64,000 nucleotides of DNA from an uncultured delta proteobacterium (GTDB taxonomy: Bacteria > Desulfobacterota > Binatia > Binatales > Binataceae), in the NCBI GenBank assembly GCA_963808235.1, contig CAWEEQ010000004.1, positions 1,984,001 through 2,048,000 on the forward strand. Direction: 5' to 3'. Both the position numbers and the translations under genes were made by a program. The first letter of the stretch is position 1. Every line of letters begins with the position of its first letter. Shown piece by piece: positions 28,995-41,044 of this stretch. The notes below the pieces were generated by a model, which was not told the DNA's origin, made no database searches, and was given only the letters and a program-made list of their open reading frames with translations.

Positions 28995-29003
28995 CTCCAA
29001 AAC

Positions 29004-29036
29004 AAAAAGCCCGCGAGATGCGCTCGCGGGCTTTTT
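29004..29036. terminator. Bidirectional intrinsic terminator
   Basis: AAAAAGCCCGCGAG-ATGCG-CTCGCGGGCTTTTT between convergent genes. Confidence 0.9.
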
Positions 29037-29061
29037 CGCACTTTTATTTTTCGCGATCTCT

Positions 29062-30060
29062 CTAGTTCACCGTCCACGTATCGCCACGAGTCAGCAGCGT
29101 CTTCAGATCGCCCTGCCCTTGCTTCGCTTTCGCGTCGATGAGCTGCTGGTTTACCGCGCCATCATAAGTAGGCCGCGAGACCGCGTAGAACACTCCGACC
29201 GGCGTCGGCAGCGGCGGCTCGAAGTTGCCGAGCATGAACGCGAGCGACAGATTCGTCTCGTCGTGTACGACCAGGTCCTTCTCGGTCACGCCCGCGCCAA
29301 GCTGCACCGCCTCGGGCCGCATCCCGTTCATCCGGATTCCCATGTCGCGATTCTTGCCGAACACGAGCGGCTTGCCGTGCTCGAGAACCAGCTGATGGTC
29401 CGCTTTGAGCTGCTTGTCGCTGACGTCGTTGAACGCGCCGTCGTTGAAGATGTTGCAGTTCTGCAGGATCTCCAGAAATGACGCCCCGCGATGCGCATGC
29501 GCTCGCTTGAGCATCTCGCCCAGGTGCTTCTGCTCGACGTCGATCGTGCGCGCAACGAAGGTGGCATGCGTGCCGAGCGCCACCGTGATCGGATTGAAAG
29601 GAAAATCCACCGACCCGGCGGGCGTGGACTTGGTCACCTTGCCGACTTCCGAGGTCGGCGAATACTGCCCCTTGGTAAGTCCGTAGATCTTGTTGTTGAA
29701 GAGCAGGATCTTCAAATCGACGTTGCGCCTGAGCACGTGGATCAAATGATTTCCGCCGATCGACAATCCGTCGCCGTCGCCGGTGACTACCCACACGTCG
29801 AGATCGGGCCGCGTGATCTTGAGCCCGGTCGCAAACGCCGGCGCGCGTCCGTGAATCGTATGGAAGCCGTAAGTATTCATGTAGTACGGAAACCGGCTCG
29901 AACATCCGATCCCCGAAATGAAAACAGTATTCTCGGGCGCGATCCCGAATTCGGGCATCGTTTTCTGCACCGCCGCCAGAATCGCGTAATCGCCGCATCC
30001 CGGGCACCAGCGAACTTCCTGGTCGGTGATGAAATCCTTGCGGGTCAGTGCGCTAGCCAT
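29062..30060 (-). CDS. korB: 2-oxoacid:ferredoxin oxidoreductase beta subunit
   Basis: WCPGCGD, SGIGCSSR, IHGRA, TPP motif GDGDG...NNKIYGLTKGQ. Confidence 0.93.
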   Translation of the reverse strand: MASALTRKDFITDQEVRWCPGCGDYAILAAVQKTMPEFGIAPENTVFISGIGCSSRFPYYMNTYGFHTIHGRAPAFATGLKITRPDLDVWVVTGDGDGLSIGGNHLIHVLRRNVDLKILLFNNKIYGLTKGQYSPTSEVGKVTKSTPAGSVDFPFNPITVALGTHATFVARTIDVEQKHLGEMLKRAHAHRGASFLEILQNCNIFNDGAFNDVSDKQLKADHQLVLEHGKPLVFGKNRDMGIRMNGMRPEAVQLGAGVTEKDLVVHDETNLSLAFMLGNFEPPLPTPVGVFYAVSRPTYDGAVNQQLIDAKAKQGQGDLKTLLTRGDTWTVN

Positions 30061-31978
30061 TCGACGAGCCCTCCAGGGCGCGGTTGATACGATTTGCAAT
30101 CTCGCTGACTTTGAACGGACGCCCCTGGATCTTGTTGAACCCGAAGGCGTCGATCAGGTAGTCGGCGCGGATCATCTTGAGAAGTTGTCCCATGTTCATT
30201 TCCGCAATCATGACCTGCTTGAAACGCTTGAGCGTCTCCTCGAGATCGGGCGGAAGCGGATTCAAATAGCGCAGATGCACATGCGAGACGCGTTTGCCCT
30301 TCTCGCGCACCTGCTTGACGCCTTCGCGGATCGGCCCGAACGTCGAGCCCCATCCAAGCACCACCAGGTCGCCGCTCTTGTCGCCGAAGACTTCGGTCGG
30401 CGCGATCTCGCGCGCGATTCCCGCGATCTTCCGCGCCCGCATCCGGACCATCAGCTCATTATTCGCGGGCGAGTAGCTGATATTGCCGGTCAGATGCTCT
30501 CCGGCAATTCCGCCGACCCGATGCTCGAGTCCCTTGGTCCCCGGAATCGCCCACGGCCGCGACAGCGTCTTCTCGTCGCGCGTGTACGGCATGAAGCCTT
30601 CCGGGTTGCTCGCAAACTCAACCTTGATCGGCGTGAGCTTGTCCGAGTCGGGCAGCAGCCACGGCTCCGCGCCGTTTGCGAGTTGCCCGTCGGTCAGCAG
30701 GATCACCGGGGTCATGTACTTGACCGCGATTCGCACCGCCTCGTACGCGCAGTCGAAACAGTCGGCCGGCGTCGACGCCGCGATAATCGGAATCGGCGAC
30801 TCGCCATGCCGTCCGTACATCGATTGCAGCAGGTCGGCCTGCTCGGGCTTGGTCGGCATCCCGGTTGACGGTCCCGCGCGTTGAATATCGGTGATCACCA
30901 GCGGCAACTCGACCTTCACCGCGAGTCCGACCGCCTCGGCCTTGAGATTCATGCCGGGGCCGGAGGTCGTGGTGATCGCGATCGATCCGCCGAACGACGC
31001 GCCGATCGCCGCGCACACGCCCGCTATCTCGTCCTCGGCCTGAAACGTGTACACCGGATAATTCTTGAATCCCGCGAGTTCGTGCAGCACGTCGCTCGCC
31101 GGTGTGATCGGATATGAACCCAGGAACAGTGGACGTCCTGATTTGATCGCCGCCGCCACGAAACCCAGCGCGGTCGCCATGTTGCCGGTGATATTGCGAT
31201 ACAGACCCGCCTTGATTCGCGCCGCCGGCACTTCGTACGAGCTCGCGAACATCTCGGTCGTGTCGCCGTAATTGTAACCCGCCTTGAGCGTTCGAATATT
31301 CGCCTCGAGCATCTCGGGCGTCTTCTTGAATTTGCTCTCGAGGTACATGAGCGTGCTCTCGATCGGCCGCTGATAGAGCCAGGAGAGCAGCCCGAGCACG
31401 AACATGTTGCGGCATCGGAACGCCGCGCGATTGTTCAGCCCCAGGCCGTGAATCGCCGCCGACGTCAGCTTGGTCACGTCAACTTCGATCACCTGGAATT
31501 TGTCGAGCGAATGATCGGTGAGCGGATTGCTGGTGTAGCCGGCGCGTTTCAGATTGGAGTCTGTGAACGCTTCCCGATCCACGATTATAACGCCGTTGGG
31601 CGGAACGTCTTCGAGGTTTGCCTGCAGCGCCGCCGGATTCATCGCGACCAACACGTTGGGCTCGTCGCCGGCGGTGAAGATCTCGTTGCTGGAAAAGTTG
31701 AGCTGAAATCCGCTGACTCCGGCCAGCGTTCCCGCAGGGGCGCGGATTTCGGCGGGAAAATCGGGCAGGGTTGCGATATCGTTTCCGGCCAATGCCGATT
31801 CGGTCGTAAACTGCATACCCGTCAACTGCATCCCGTCGCCCGAATCGCCGGCAAAGCGGATTACGACCCGGTCTCTGCTCAGATGCGGCTTGGGCTTGGG
31901 CGCGGCTCCATTGCCGGCATTCCCGGCGGAACCATGCGATTCGGCAGCTTGTTCAGCCGCCTCAGGTGGTACAGCCAT
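30053..31978 (-). CDS. korA: 2-oxoacid:ferredoxin oxidoreductase alpha subunit (gamma-fused)
   Basis: AGDSGDGMQ, YPITPAS, QAEDEI, TTSGPG, QRAGPSTGMPT. Confidence 0.93.
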   Translation of the reverse strand: MAVPPEAAEQAAESHGSAGNAGNGAAPKPKPHLSRDRVVIRFAGDSGDGMQLTGMQFTTESALAGNDIATLPDFPAEIRAPAGTLAGVSGFQLNFSSNEIFTAGDEPNVLVAMNPAALQANLEDVPPNGVIIVDREAFTDSNLKRAGYTSNPLTDHSLDKFQVIEVDVTKLTSAAIHGLGLNNRAAFRCRNMFVLGLLSWLYQRPIESTLMYLESKFKKTPEMLEANIRTLKAGYNYGDTTEMFASSYEVPAARIKAGLYRNITGNMATALGFVAAAIKSGRPLFLGSYPITPASDVLHELAGFKNYPVYTFQAEDEIAGVCAAIGASFGGSIAITTTSGPGMNLKAEAVGLAVKVELPLVITDIQRAGPSTGMPTKPEQADLLQSMYGRHGESPIPIIAASTPADCFDCAYEAVRIAVKYMTPVILLTDGQLANGAEPWLLPDSDKLTPIKVEFASNPEGFMPYTRDEKTLSRPWAIPGTKGLEHRVGGIAGEHLTGNISYSPANNELMVRMRARKIAGIAREIAPTEVFGDKSGDLVVLGWGSTFGPIREGVKQVREKGKRVSHVHLRYLNPLPPDLEETLKRFKQVMIAEMNMGQLLKMIRADYLIDAFGFNKIQGRPFKVSEIANRINRALEGSSNG

Positions 31979-32121
31979 CTCAGTCCTTTCTCCTTACAGT
32001 AGAGGGCGATTTAGAAACTCGCTCCAGTCTCTCGAAGTTCGACAAATACTCCAACACGCGGATTTAAAGCATAGCTAATCCAACCAAGCCATTAAAGACC
32101 CGCCTTTTTCGGACGGAATCC

Positions 32122-32403
32122 TCATCGAATCCGAAACTCGGTGAATTCACCGTTGTAATCGAGCCACTCCTCGCGTACGTCGGTTACGTGCGCCGACGGC
32201 GGGCCGCGATGCGCCCACGCGGCGAGCTTCTTCAAGCTCTCGCGACGCCCTTCCGCGACTATTTCGACCTCGCCGCCCGCTAGGTTGCGCACCCATCCTG
32301 CTAATGTGAGGTCGTTCGCTTCGTCAAAAGCACTGAAGCGAAACCCGACCCCCTGCACGCGCCCACGGATGATCAGACGAACCCTGGCCCGGGCGGTTTC
32401 CAT
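32122..32403 (-). CDS. acyP: Acylphosphatase
   Basis: GRVQGVGFR, GWVRN, GPPSAHV. Confidence 0.93.
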   Translation of the reverse strand: METARARVRLIIRGRVQGVGFRFSAFDEANDLTLAGWVRNLAGGEVEIVAEGRRESLKKLAAWAHRGPPSAHVTDVREEWLDYNGEFTEFRIR

Positions 32404-32406
32404 AAT

Positions 32407-34434
<2,028 letters not shown>

Positions 34435-35130
34435 CTACCGGCGCGCGTAGCCCATCGCGTCCAGGAAATCGTCGAGGGTGGGAAAGCGCATGTACATGTT
34501 GTGCCGCTTCTGCTCGCCAATCGTGGTGCGCGATTCCGGCGAGTACGCATGCCCCGGGTACACCACCGTGGCGTCGTCGAGGTTCCGCAGCGTGTCGTTC
34601 AGGCTGTGATACATCGCTTCCGGATCCGACCCCGGCAAATCGACTCGCCCGCAAGAGTTCACGAACAACGTGTCCCCGGAAATCAGATTCCCTTCGGCGA
34701 GAAAGCATTGCGAGCCCGGCGTATGCCCCGGCGTGTGCAGAAACTTGATCTCGAGCTCTCCGACCTTGACCGTGTCGCCCGCCTCGACTTTGACCAGGTC
34801 GGAATCCGACAGCCCCGACACCTGCTTCACGCCTTCCGCCTCATGCTTGTTGACGTAGACCTTGGCCTTCACGCTTTCGAGCAGCTTGGCCGCGCCCTCG
34901 ATATTCTGCCCCATCATCCGCCCGCCCAAATGATCTGGATGGTAATGCGTCAGCAGAATTTTTTCGATTTCGTAGCCTTCGTTTTCAGCGTATTTCCGAA
35001 TCGCCTCAACGTCCCACGCCGGATCGACCACCGCAACCTTTCGCGTCACCGGATCCCCAATCAGGTAAACGTAGTTCGCCATCGGCCCAACCTGCGCCTG
35101 GCGCAAATAAATTTTCTCGGCTTCAGCCAT
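34435..35130 (-). CDS. MBL-fold metallohydrolase (glyoxalase II/persulfide dioxygenase-like)
   Basis: THYHPDH, HTPGHTPG, GDTLF, CGRVDL, YPGH. Confidence 0.88.
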   Translation of the reverse strand: MAEAEKIYLRQAQVGPMANYVYLIGDPVTRKVAVVDPAWDVEAIRKYAENEGYEIEKILLTHYHPDHLGGRMMGQNIEGAAKLLESVKAKVYVNKHEAEGVKQVSGLSDSDLVKVEAGDTVKVGELEIKFLHTPGHTPGSQCFLAEGNLISGDTLFVNSCGRVDLPGSDPEAMYHSLNDTLRNLDDATVVYPGHAYSPESRTTIGEQKRHNMYMRFPTLDDFLDAMGYARR

Positions 35131-35145
35131 CGCGATTTTTCCTCG

Positions 35146-36072
35146 CTATCCCTTGCTGCGCTGGTCGTATGAGATTGAGTAAGCGGCCGATCGAGCCGGC
35201 GGAATAGGATCGGCCGAGAGCTCGATTCCGTCGGTCAGATTAGTGGGATCGAACACCAACCGGCGCTCGTCGGCCGCGCTCGTCGCCGAGATGCTCGTCA
35301 CCTCCAGCCGCCCCAGCTCGACGTTTGGCCGGTCCGCCGGCCACAACACGGTGACGTCATCCGTCGGATCGCTCTTCTCAGCCAGTTGCAAGCGGAGGCG
35401 GAACGCGACCGGTCCCTTTTTCAGGCGACCCTCAAGCTCCTCGCGGAGGAAGTTTGCGCTGCGGCGGCTCCCATCGTCAGGCGAGAGATAAGCCTCGTTC
35501 GCCTCGGGCGTCCAGCGATAGCGACCGAATCGGCTGGTACCATCCTGTGCGATGAACCGAAAAGCGTGCTCTGCAAAGTAGCTCGACTGGCCATAACTGG
35601 CCGGCACCGGCTTCTGCGTCAGGCGCTCAATGAATCCGCGCGCCGCAGGATGACTCGCAATAAACCGCGGGACCGCATCGGGATCAGGCTTGCCGGTAGC
35701 GGGAACCGGAAGCTGCGCCTGGAGGAACGCGAGAAACTCCTCGGGCGTCCGCGCCGGAAACCCTTCGATCGAGTTCGCAAGGATGTCCGCGTGCTTGCCG
35801 CCGGGTAACTGAAATTTCACCGCCATCGATCGCACACTTGGCAAGCCGTCGTGCACCTCCGGATCGCCGCTCGAATTGGCGAACCGGATGACGACTGGCA
35901 CCGGCTGGCCCTGCAGATGCGCCGCGCGGCTCACACCGCGCGCCTCCGCCGTAGCGCGAAACGTGCCCGCACATACGATGCCCTTGGCGTGAACGGGACG
36001 GAACCCAGGATGCGCGCCGGCAAGCGTGCGCATCGCCTCGACGATTTGAGCAGCAACGGTAGATTCCGGCAT
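35146..36072 (-). CDS. Catalase-related peroxidase (SrpA-like short catalase)
   Basis: RPVHAKG distal His, RFANSSG, and RSAAYSISY proximal Tyr. Confidence 0.88.
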   Translation of the reverse strand: MPESTVAAQIVEAMRTLAGAHPGFRPVHAKGIVCAGTFRATAEARGVSRAAHLQGQPVPVVIRFANSSGDPEVHDGLPSVRSMAVKFQLPGGKHADILANSIEGFPARTPEEFLAFLQAQLPVPATGKPDPDAVPRFIASHPAARGFIERLTQKPVPASYGQSSYFAEHAFRFIAQDGTSRFGRYRWTPEANEAYLSPDDGSRRSANFLREELEGRLKKGPVAFRLRLQLAEKSDPTDDVTVLWPADRPNVELGRLEVTSISATSAADERRLVFDPTNLTDGIELSADPIPPARSAAYSISYDQRSKG

Positions 36073-36101
36073 TGTGAAAACTCCTTCCGGGTTGTCCGCG
36101 A

Positions 36102-36755
36102 TCAGGATTTGCCGTCGCGAGTTTTGCGCTTCGATATCCGCGCCGCTTGCTCCTCTTCTTCGATCCGCAGCGCGCGATCCCACAGAAACTCCGGCTCTCC
36201 GAGCCGCTTCGCCACCCATCGCGACTGCACGAACAGATGGTCGCTAAGCCGATTGACGTAGATGATCAGTTGATCGCTGATGTCTTCCTCACGCTTCAGC
36301 CGCCAGCATACCCGCTCGGCGCGTCGGCACACCGTTCGCGCCTGATGCAAAAACGCATTGAGCACGCCGCCGCCCGGCAGCGTGAAGGATTTGAGCGGCT
36401 CGAGCTCCTTCTCCATCGTGTCCATCTCGGCTTCGAGCTTCTTCACTTCGCCGCCGCCCATCTTGTGCATCTGCGGATACGAAAAATCGATGGGCGTCGC
36501 GAGTTCGCTGCCAACATCGAACAGTTCATTCTGAATCCGACGCAAGCTCTCCGAATACGCGTCGAAGTCGTCGCCGAACCCAGCGCGATAATTCGGCAAG
36601 TAGGTGCGAACGATCCCAATGATCGCGTTCAGCTCGTCGATCGTCCCGTAGGCTTCCAGCCGCCCGCTCTCCTTGGGCACGCGCTTTCCGCCAACCAGCG
36701 CGGTCATGCCCTTGTCGCCGGTGCGGGTGTAAATCTTTGTCAGGCGAATCGCCAT
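36102..36755 (-). CDS. pduO: PduO-type cob(I)alamin adenosyltransferase
   Basis: KIYTRTGDKG, YGTIDELN, RTVCRRAER, NRLSDHLF. Confidence 0.92.
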   Translation of the reverse strand: MAIRLTKIYTRTGDKGMTALVGGKRVPKESGRLEAYGTIDELNAIIGIVRTYLPNYRAGFGDDFDAYSESLRRIQNELFDVGSELATPIDFSYPQMHKMGGGEVKKLEAEMDTMEKELEPLKSFTLPGGGVLNAFLHQARTVCRRAERVCWRLKREEDISDQLIIYVNRLSDHLFVQSRWVAKRLGEPEFLWDRALRIEEEEQAARISKRKTRDGKS

Positions 36756-37195
36756 CAAACGCCCGCCTTCTTCCGTTGCGATTCGTAGCTCGCATCGCCG
36801 AGCTCAGTCGTCACCGGCAGGCCCGCATCTCTCCATCCGGCGACGACGACCTGTCGCGACGCGTCGCGCTGGCCGCCAAAGCCACCGACCACGTTCGTCA
36901 GATCGGTGTAGCCAGCCTCCTCGAGCATGTCGCACGCACGCTGCGAACGCCCGCCCGCCATGCATCCGACGACGAGTTTCTTGCCGCGCGGAATCACCTT
37001 CTCCGCGACTTCGACAAAATCGAGGTTCATCTGCATCTGCCCCGGCCCCTTCGCAACCATCACCGGAATATTAATCGCGCCCTCAGGATGCCCCGCCGCA
37101 AACTCACCCTCAGTCCGCACATCAAGGTAAAGCGCATCGGGATTTTTCTTGAGCGTCTCGTAAGCCTCAAGAGGATTTTTCTGTTGTATCGGCAT
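36755..37195 (-). CDS. Single-domain rhodanese
   Basis: LDVRTEGEFAAGHPEGAINIP, active loop CMAGGRS, VVGGF. Confidence 0.88.
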   Translation of the reverse strand: MPIQQKNPLEAYETLKKNPDALYLDVRTEGEFAAGHPEGAINIPVMVAKGPGQMQMNLDFVEVAEKVIPRGKKLVVGCMAGGRSQRACDMLEEAGYTDLTNVVGGFGGQRDASRQVVVAGWRDAGLPVTTELGDASYESQRKKAGV

Positions 37196-37245
37196 CGCCT
37201 AATACCCTTCTCGATCAGTTATCTAAACTCTATCAGATTGAATTG

Positions 37246-37432
37246 CCTCTCCCTGACAGGGAGCTCCTATCCCAGTAGCACGGGCGTCCCTGCCCGTGAT
37301 TGAGCTGAACAAATGCGAAACCTTCGAACGCTTCCCGCTTCCCACAATAACCCCGCGAAATGCCGCCACTGGCCGCTTCGCGTTTGTCCTGACCCCGGGT
37401 GCAGGGGTCACCCCTGCCGCCAGCCGCGCAGG
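37246..37432. repeat. Composite REP-like element: CTCCCTG/CAGGGAG hairpin, GTAG-type REP, 98-nt spacer, GGGTGCAGGGG unit
   Basis: GTAGCACGGGCGTCCCTGCCCGTG (37275-37298) and GGGTGCAGGGGTCACCCCTGCCG (37397-37419). Confidence 0.85.
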
Positions 37433-37446
37433 CGTGACTAAAATTC

Positions 37447-37959
37447 TTACTCTCCTGACTTCCCGAAGCGTTCCTGATGCACTATTTCCCGCCGTGGCTT
37501 GATCGCCTTGGCTTGCGGCGGATTTTTCGGATCGGTGTATCCAAACGGCAGAATCGTGAAGATCGCCCATCCGGTCGGCACCGCGAGCATCGCGCCGATT
37601 TTCGCAGCGTCGAAGTTTCCCACCCAGCACGTGCCGAGACCGAGCGCCCATCCCGCATTCGCCATGTTCTGCACTGCCTGCGCGCAGTCCACGTCGGCCC
37701 ATCGCGCATTTGCGACATCCTTCAACACCACGATCGCGGCCGGCGACTCTGCAACGAAACGCCCCGTCGAGCACAGCGCGCCGATTTCCTTCAGCGTCTC
37801 GCGAGTGCGCACCACGATGAACTGCCACGGCTGCAGGTTCCGCGCGCTCATCGCATGCCGCCCCGCGTCGACAATCTTCGCAAGCTTCTCCGGCTCGACC
37901 GCCTTATCGGAAAACGCCCGCTGAACCCGCCGCGTGAGAATCGCTTCCAGAGCATCCAT
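37447..37959 (-). CDS. Nitroreductase family protein
   Basis: TRRVQR, SARNLQPWQF, GLGTCWV, PFGY. Confidence 0.88.
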   Translation of the reverse strand: MDALEAILTRRVQRAFSDKAVEPEKLAKIVDAGRHAMSARNLQPWQFIVVRTRETLKEIGALCSTGRFVAESPAAIVVLKDVANARWADVDCAQAVQNMANAGWALGLGTCWVGNFDAAKIGAMLAVPTGWAIFTILPFGYTDPKNPPQAKAIKPRREIVHQERFGKSGE

Positions 37960-38087
37960 GGCACGCGCCTCCATCGCAAAAGTTTACTGTGTCAAGCAAC
38001 AACAAAAACTTGTAGTATCAACCCGCCGTTGAATCCAGTTAGAAGGTTAGAAGTTCGATTGGAAGCGGGGAGCGTCGGTATCAGTTC

Positions 38088-40847
38088 GTGGCGGTTTCAA
38101 GATGCACTAGACGGTTTGCGCGGGCCATTTCCGCGCTCCTGATTCTGACCCTCATCCCCGCAGTCGCTGTCGCCGCCGACTCCGGGTTCAACGTCTATTA
38201 TTCCGGCGCCGAGGATCTCGTCCTCTCACGCCTGCTCCTCGATCCGACTACGCATCGCGTCACAAATCTGAACGACGCGACCACCGCCGTCTACCAGGAC
38301 AATCTGCCGCCACCCGGTCCCGAGCTCGAAGCTCTGAAGGCGCGCGTCGCCTCAGGGATGGGCCTGTTGATCGTCACCGGGCAGCACACCTCGCCCGCCG
38401 CCCTCGATTCCATCACGAGTGGTGCGATCAAGCAGACCGGCGTTGTCGACGTGATAAGCGGCGCGACTCATGCGCGCGAGATGGAACGTCTCGCCGCGGT
38501 GCTCGAGTACACCGGGCCGCCGACAGATCCGATCGCGACCAACATGAGCTGGAAGTCCGCGGTCCGCGTGCACGAGCGCTCGATCCTCCAGACCACCAGC
38601 TTCGCAACTGTGATGGTCGCGACCAACCAGAGCGACCCGGTGCGCCCGCGCGATCCGATCCTCATTCGCGTCGAGTCAGGCAAGGGCACTATCGACGTGC
38701 TCAACGTATGGCTCCGCCAGGGCGATCAGCGCGAGCGCATCGCGAGCATTATCACGATGCTCAAGGGAATCGAGGGCGCCGAGAATTACGACTTCCAGCG
38801 TTGGCCATACTTCAACTGGCTGCTCTACGACTTGAGCCGCGCCGCCGCGAACCGGCCGGTCACCTCGTACGCCGACTGGATCGCGTCGCCGGTGCCCGAC
38901 CGCACGCAGATCTTCATGCTCGCGGCGCTGTTCTGCTCGATGTTCGGGTTGTTCGTCGCCGCCTACGTCACGGTGCGCCGCTACAGCCTGCGCCATCCCG
39001 AGAAGCTCGAGCAATTCTATCTGCCGCGCGAAACGAAACCACGACCCGCGTCGCTGGGCGCGGCGGCTGCGGTGCCGGCGATAACGGGCGACGAATCGAA
39101 GAGGACGGCGCACGGCGATCCGCGATGGGAGATCGTGGGTTTCCATCGTCCGCTGAGCGGATTCTTCTACAACTACCTGCTCGCGCTGATGATCATGATC
39201 CCGTTCAACTTCATCGTGACGTTTTACATCGAGCGCACCTTCGTCAATCCATTCCTCGAGGCCCGCGGCGCGTGGGCGGCGGTCACCCAGTTCATGACCT
39301 TCTTCTTCATCCTGCTCGATCTCGGCACCAGCCAGGCGATGGTGAAATATTTCGCCGAGTACCGGGTCAAGGAACCCGGCCGCGCGATCAGCTACGCGCA
39401 ATTTTTCATCTGGTTCCATGCGCTCGCCGGCATGTTCCAGATAATGGTGCTGGGACTCGCCGCCGCCATTATGCTGCCGCACACCGCGGTCGCCTTCCTG
39501 ACCTGGTTCGTGGTCCTGCACACGCTCATCCAGTTCCCCGGCTTTATCGCGATTTTTTTCAACCTGTTCCGCGCGCTGCAGCGCTTCGATTACGCGCAGT
39601 TCCTGATCGTGCTGACCTACGTGATGACGCCGGCCGTCCAGATGGGATGCGCGATCTACATGCGCCACTGGGGCCTCTCGCATCCGATTTTTGGCGAGGG
39701 GATGGGCGTGGTGATCGGCTTTGCGCTCGGCGGCGTCGTCGCGAACCTGCTGATGGGCATCTTCTGCGCGATTTTCTACGACAAGATGGGCTTCAGACTC
39801 AGCACGATTTTCCTGGCCCACTTCGATCGCGACACGATCAACAAATCGATCGTCTACGGCGCCAAGCTGACCGGCGGTTCGGTCGCGGGAGCGCTTAGCT
39901 GGGGGTTGCTCCCGGTCATCATGGGCGCGCTGCTGCCGAACTTTCTCGAGCTCAACGAGATCTGGATCCTCACCTTCTCGCTGACCTTCGCGTACCTGGA
40001 AACCGGCGCGTACATCTTTACCACCCTGATGCCCTCGATATCCGAGAGCTACTCGCAGCAGATGATGAATCTCACCCGGCGCTACCTCGACCAGGGACTG
40101 CGCTGGGGAATTATCGTCACCTCGATGCTCGGTGGAGCGTTCCTCGCGTTCTCCGACGTATTCGTAAAGGGACTGCTGCCGCCGCAATTCGCGCGCGCGG
40201 CCGGCGTGATGATCCTGATGCATCTGTGGCGCGCCACAGACTTCACCACTCGACTCCCCGACCAGGTCTTCCAGGGCGTCGGACGCACCGGCACTTACAC
40301 CTGGACTTCGCTCGTAGAGCACGGCAGCCGCATAGTCCTCGTCTGGTTTTTGATTCAATGGTACGGCTTCAACGGCGTCTTCTATGCCTTCATGATTTCG
40401 TCGCTGCTGCGCGCCGCGATCGCGTGGCCGCTGATGGGTTACCTGGTCGCGTGGCCGTCGCTCAGCGTTTATCAGACGCTCGTCAACCCCGCGCTCTCTG
40501 CGGTGGCGAATTATTTCGTCCTGCGCGGATTCGCCGCGATGATATTCCGCGGCCCGGGCCACGTCGGCAGCGCATTCGTCGTCGTACTGCTGAGCCTGTT
40601 CGGCTCGTTGCCGATCTACATGTTCTTCAGCGGCCTCTTCGGATGGGATCGCGCAAGCCTCGCCGAGTTCCGCGACGCCGCCGAGCTGGTGCCGGCCCCC
40701 TTCGGCGCCATAGCCCGAATGGCCCACAGCCTCGTGCAGTTCGGCTCAAAGCTAAGCCCTCTCCACGACCGCTTCCCCGGCAACCTCGTCGAAGAAGCCG
40801 CCGAAGACGCCGCCCAACTAACCGCCCTGAAAGCGGAGCTGCACTGA
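38088..40847 (+). CDS. Large membrane protein: exported N-terminal domain fused to a MOP/MATE-like (polysaccharide flippase-type) multi-TM domain
   Basis: Signal peptide, about 250-aa soluble domain, TM anchor, then many TMs with LDLGTSQAMVKYFAEY and LMPSISESYS. Confidence 0.65.
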   Translation: MAVSRCTRRFARAISALLILTLIPAVAVAADSGFNVYYSGAEDLVLSRLLLDPTTHRVTNLNDATTAVYQDNLPPPGPELEALKARVASGMGLLIVTGQHTSPAALDSITSGAIKQTGVVDVISGATHAREMERLAAVLEYTGPPTDPIATNMSWKSAVRVHERSILQTTSFATVMVATNQSDPVRPRDPILIRVESGKGTIDVLNVWLRQGDQRERIASIITMLKGIEGAENYDFQRWPYFNWLLYDLSRAAANRPVTSYADWIASPVPDRTQIFMLAALFCSMFGLFVAAYVTVRRYSLRHPEKLEQFYLPRETKPRPASLGAAAAVPAITGDESKRTAHGDPRWEIVGFHRPLSGFFYNYLLALMIMIPFNFIVTFYIERTFVNPFLEARGAWAAVTQFMTFFFILLDLGTSQAMVKYFAEYRVKEPGRAISYAQFFIWFHALAGMFQIMVLGLAAAIMLPHTAVAFLTWFVVLHTLIQFPGFIAIFFNLFRALQRFDYAQFLIVLTYVMTPAVQMGCAIYMRHWGLSHPIFGEGMGVVIGFALGGVVANLLMGIFCAIFYDKMGFRLSTIFLAHFDRDTINKSIVYGAKLTGGSVAGALSWGLLPVIMGALLPNFLELNEIWILTFSLTFAYLETGAYIFTTLMPSISESYSQQMMNLTRRYLDQGLRWGIIVTSMLGGAFLAFSDVFVKGLLPPQFARAAGVMILMHLWRATDFTTRLPDQVFQGVGRTGTYTWTSLVEHGSRIVLVWFLIQWYGFNGVFYAFMISSLLRAAIAWPLMGYLVAWPSLSVYQTLVNPALSAVANYFVLRGFAAMIFRGPGHVGSAFVVVLLSLFGSLPIYMFFSGLFGWDRASLAEFRDAAELVPAPFGAIARMAHSLVQFGSKLSPLHDRFPGNLVEEAAEDAAQLTALKAELH

Positions 40848-40852
40848 TCTGT

Positions 40853-40930
40853 TTGCTCTCTTTTTTGTGTCATTCTCAGCGCAGCCTTTTTTGTGTCATT
40901 CCGAGCGAAGCCGAGGAACCCCGGATCTTT
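40853..40930. repeat. Tandem TGTCATTC-type REP-like units
   Basis: TTTTTGTGTCATTC occurs twice; the second unit matches the unit near 20921. Confidence 0.75.
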
Positions 40931-41044
40931 CTCGGCGCAAAACACTTCGACTCCACTGAGGGCACGCGGAGCTGAGCTACTCCGAATTCAATATGCCGTG
41001 CACAAGGTGAGCTCATAACTAGCGCCGACACGACACTGCTAATA

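Noticed and set aside
38676-40727. 683-aa minus-strand ORF, and similar long overlapping ORFs such as 17542-19113, 33574-35172, 44737-46125 and 54167-55777
   Set aside because: They overlap well-supported genes in another frame or strand and have Arg/Gly-rich non-protein-like composition
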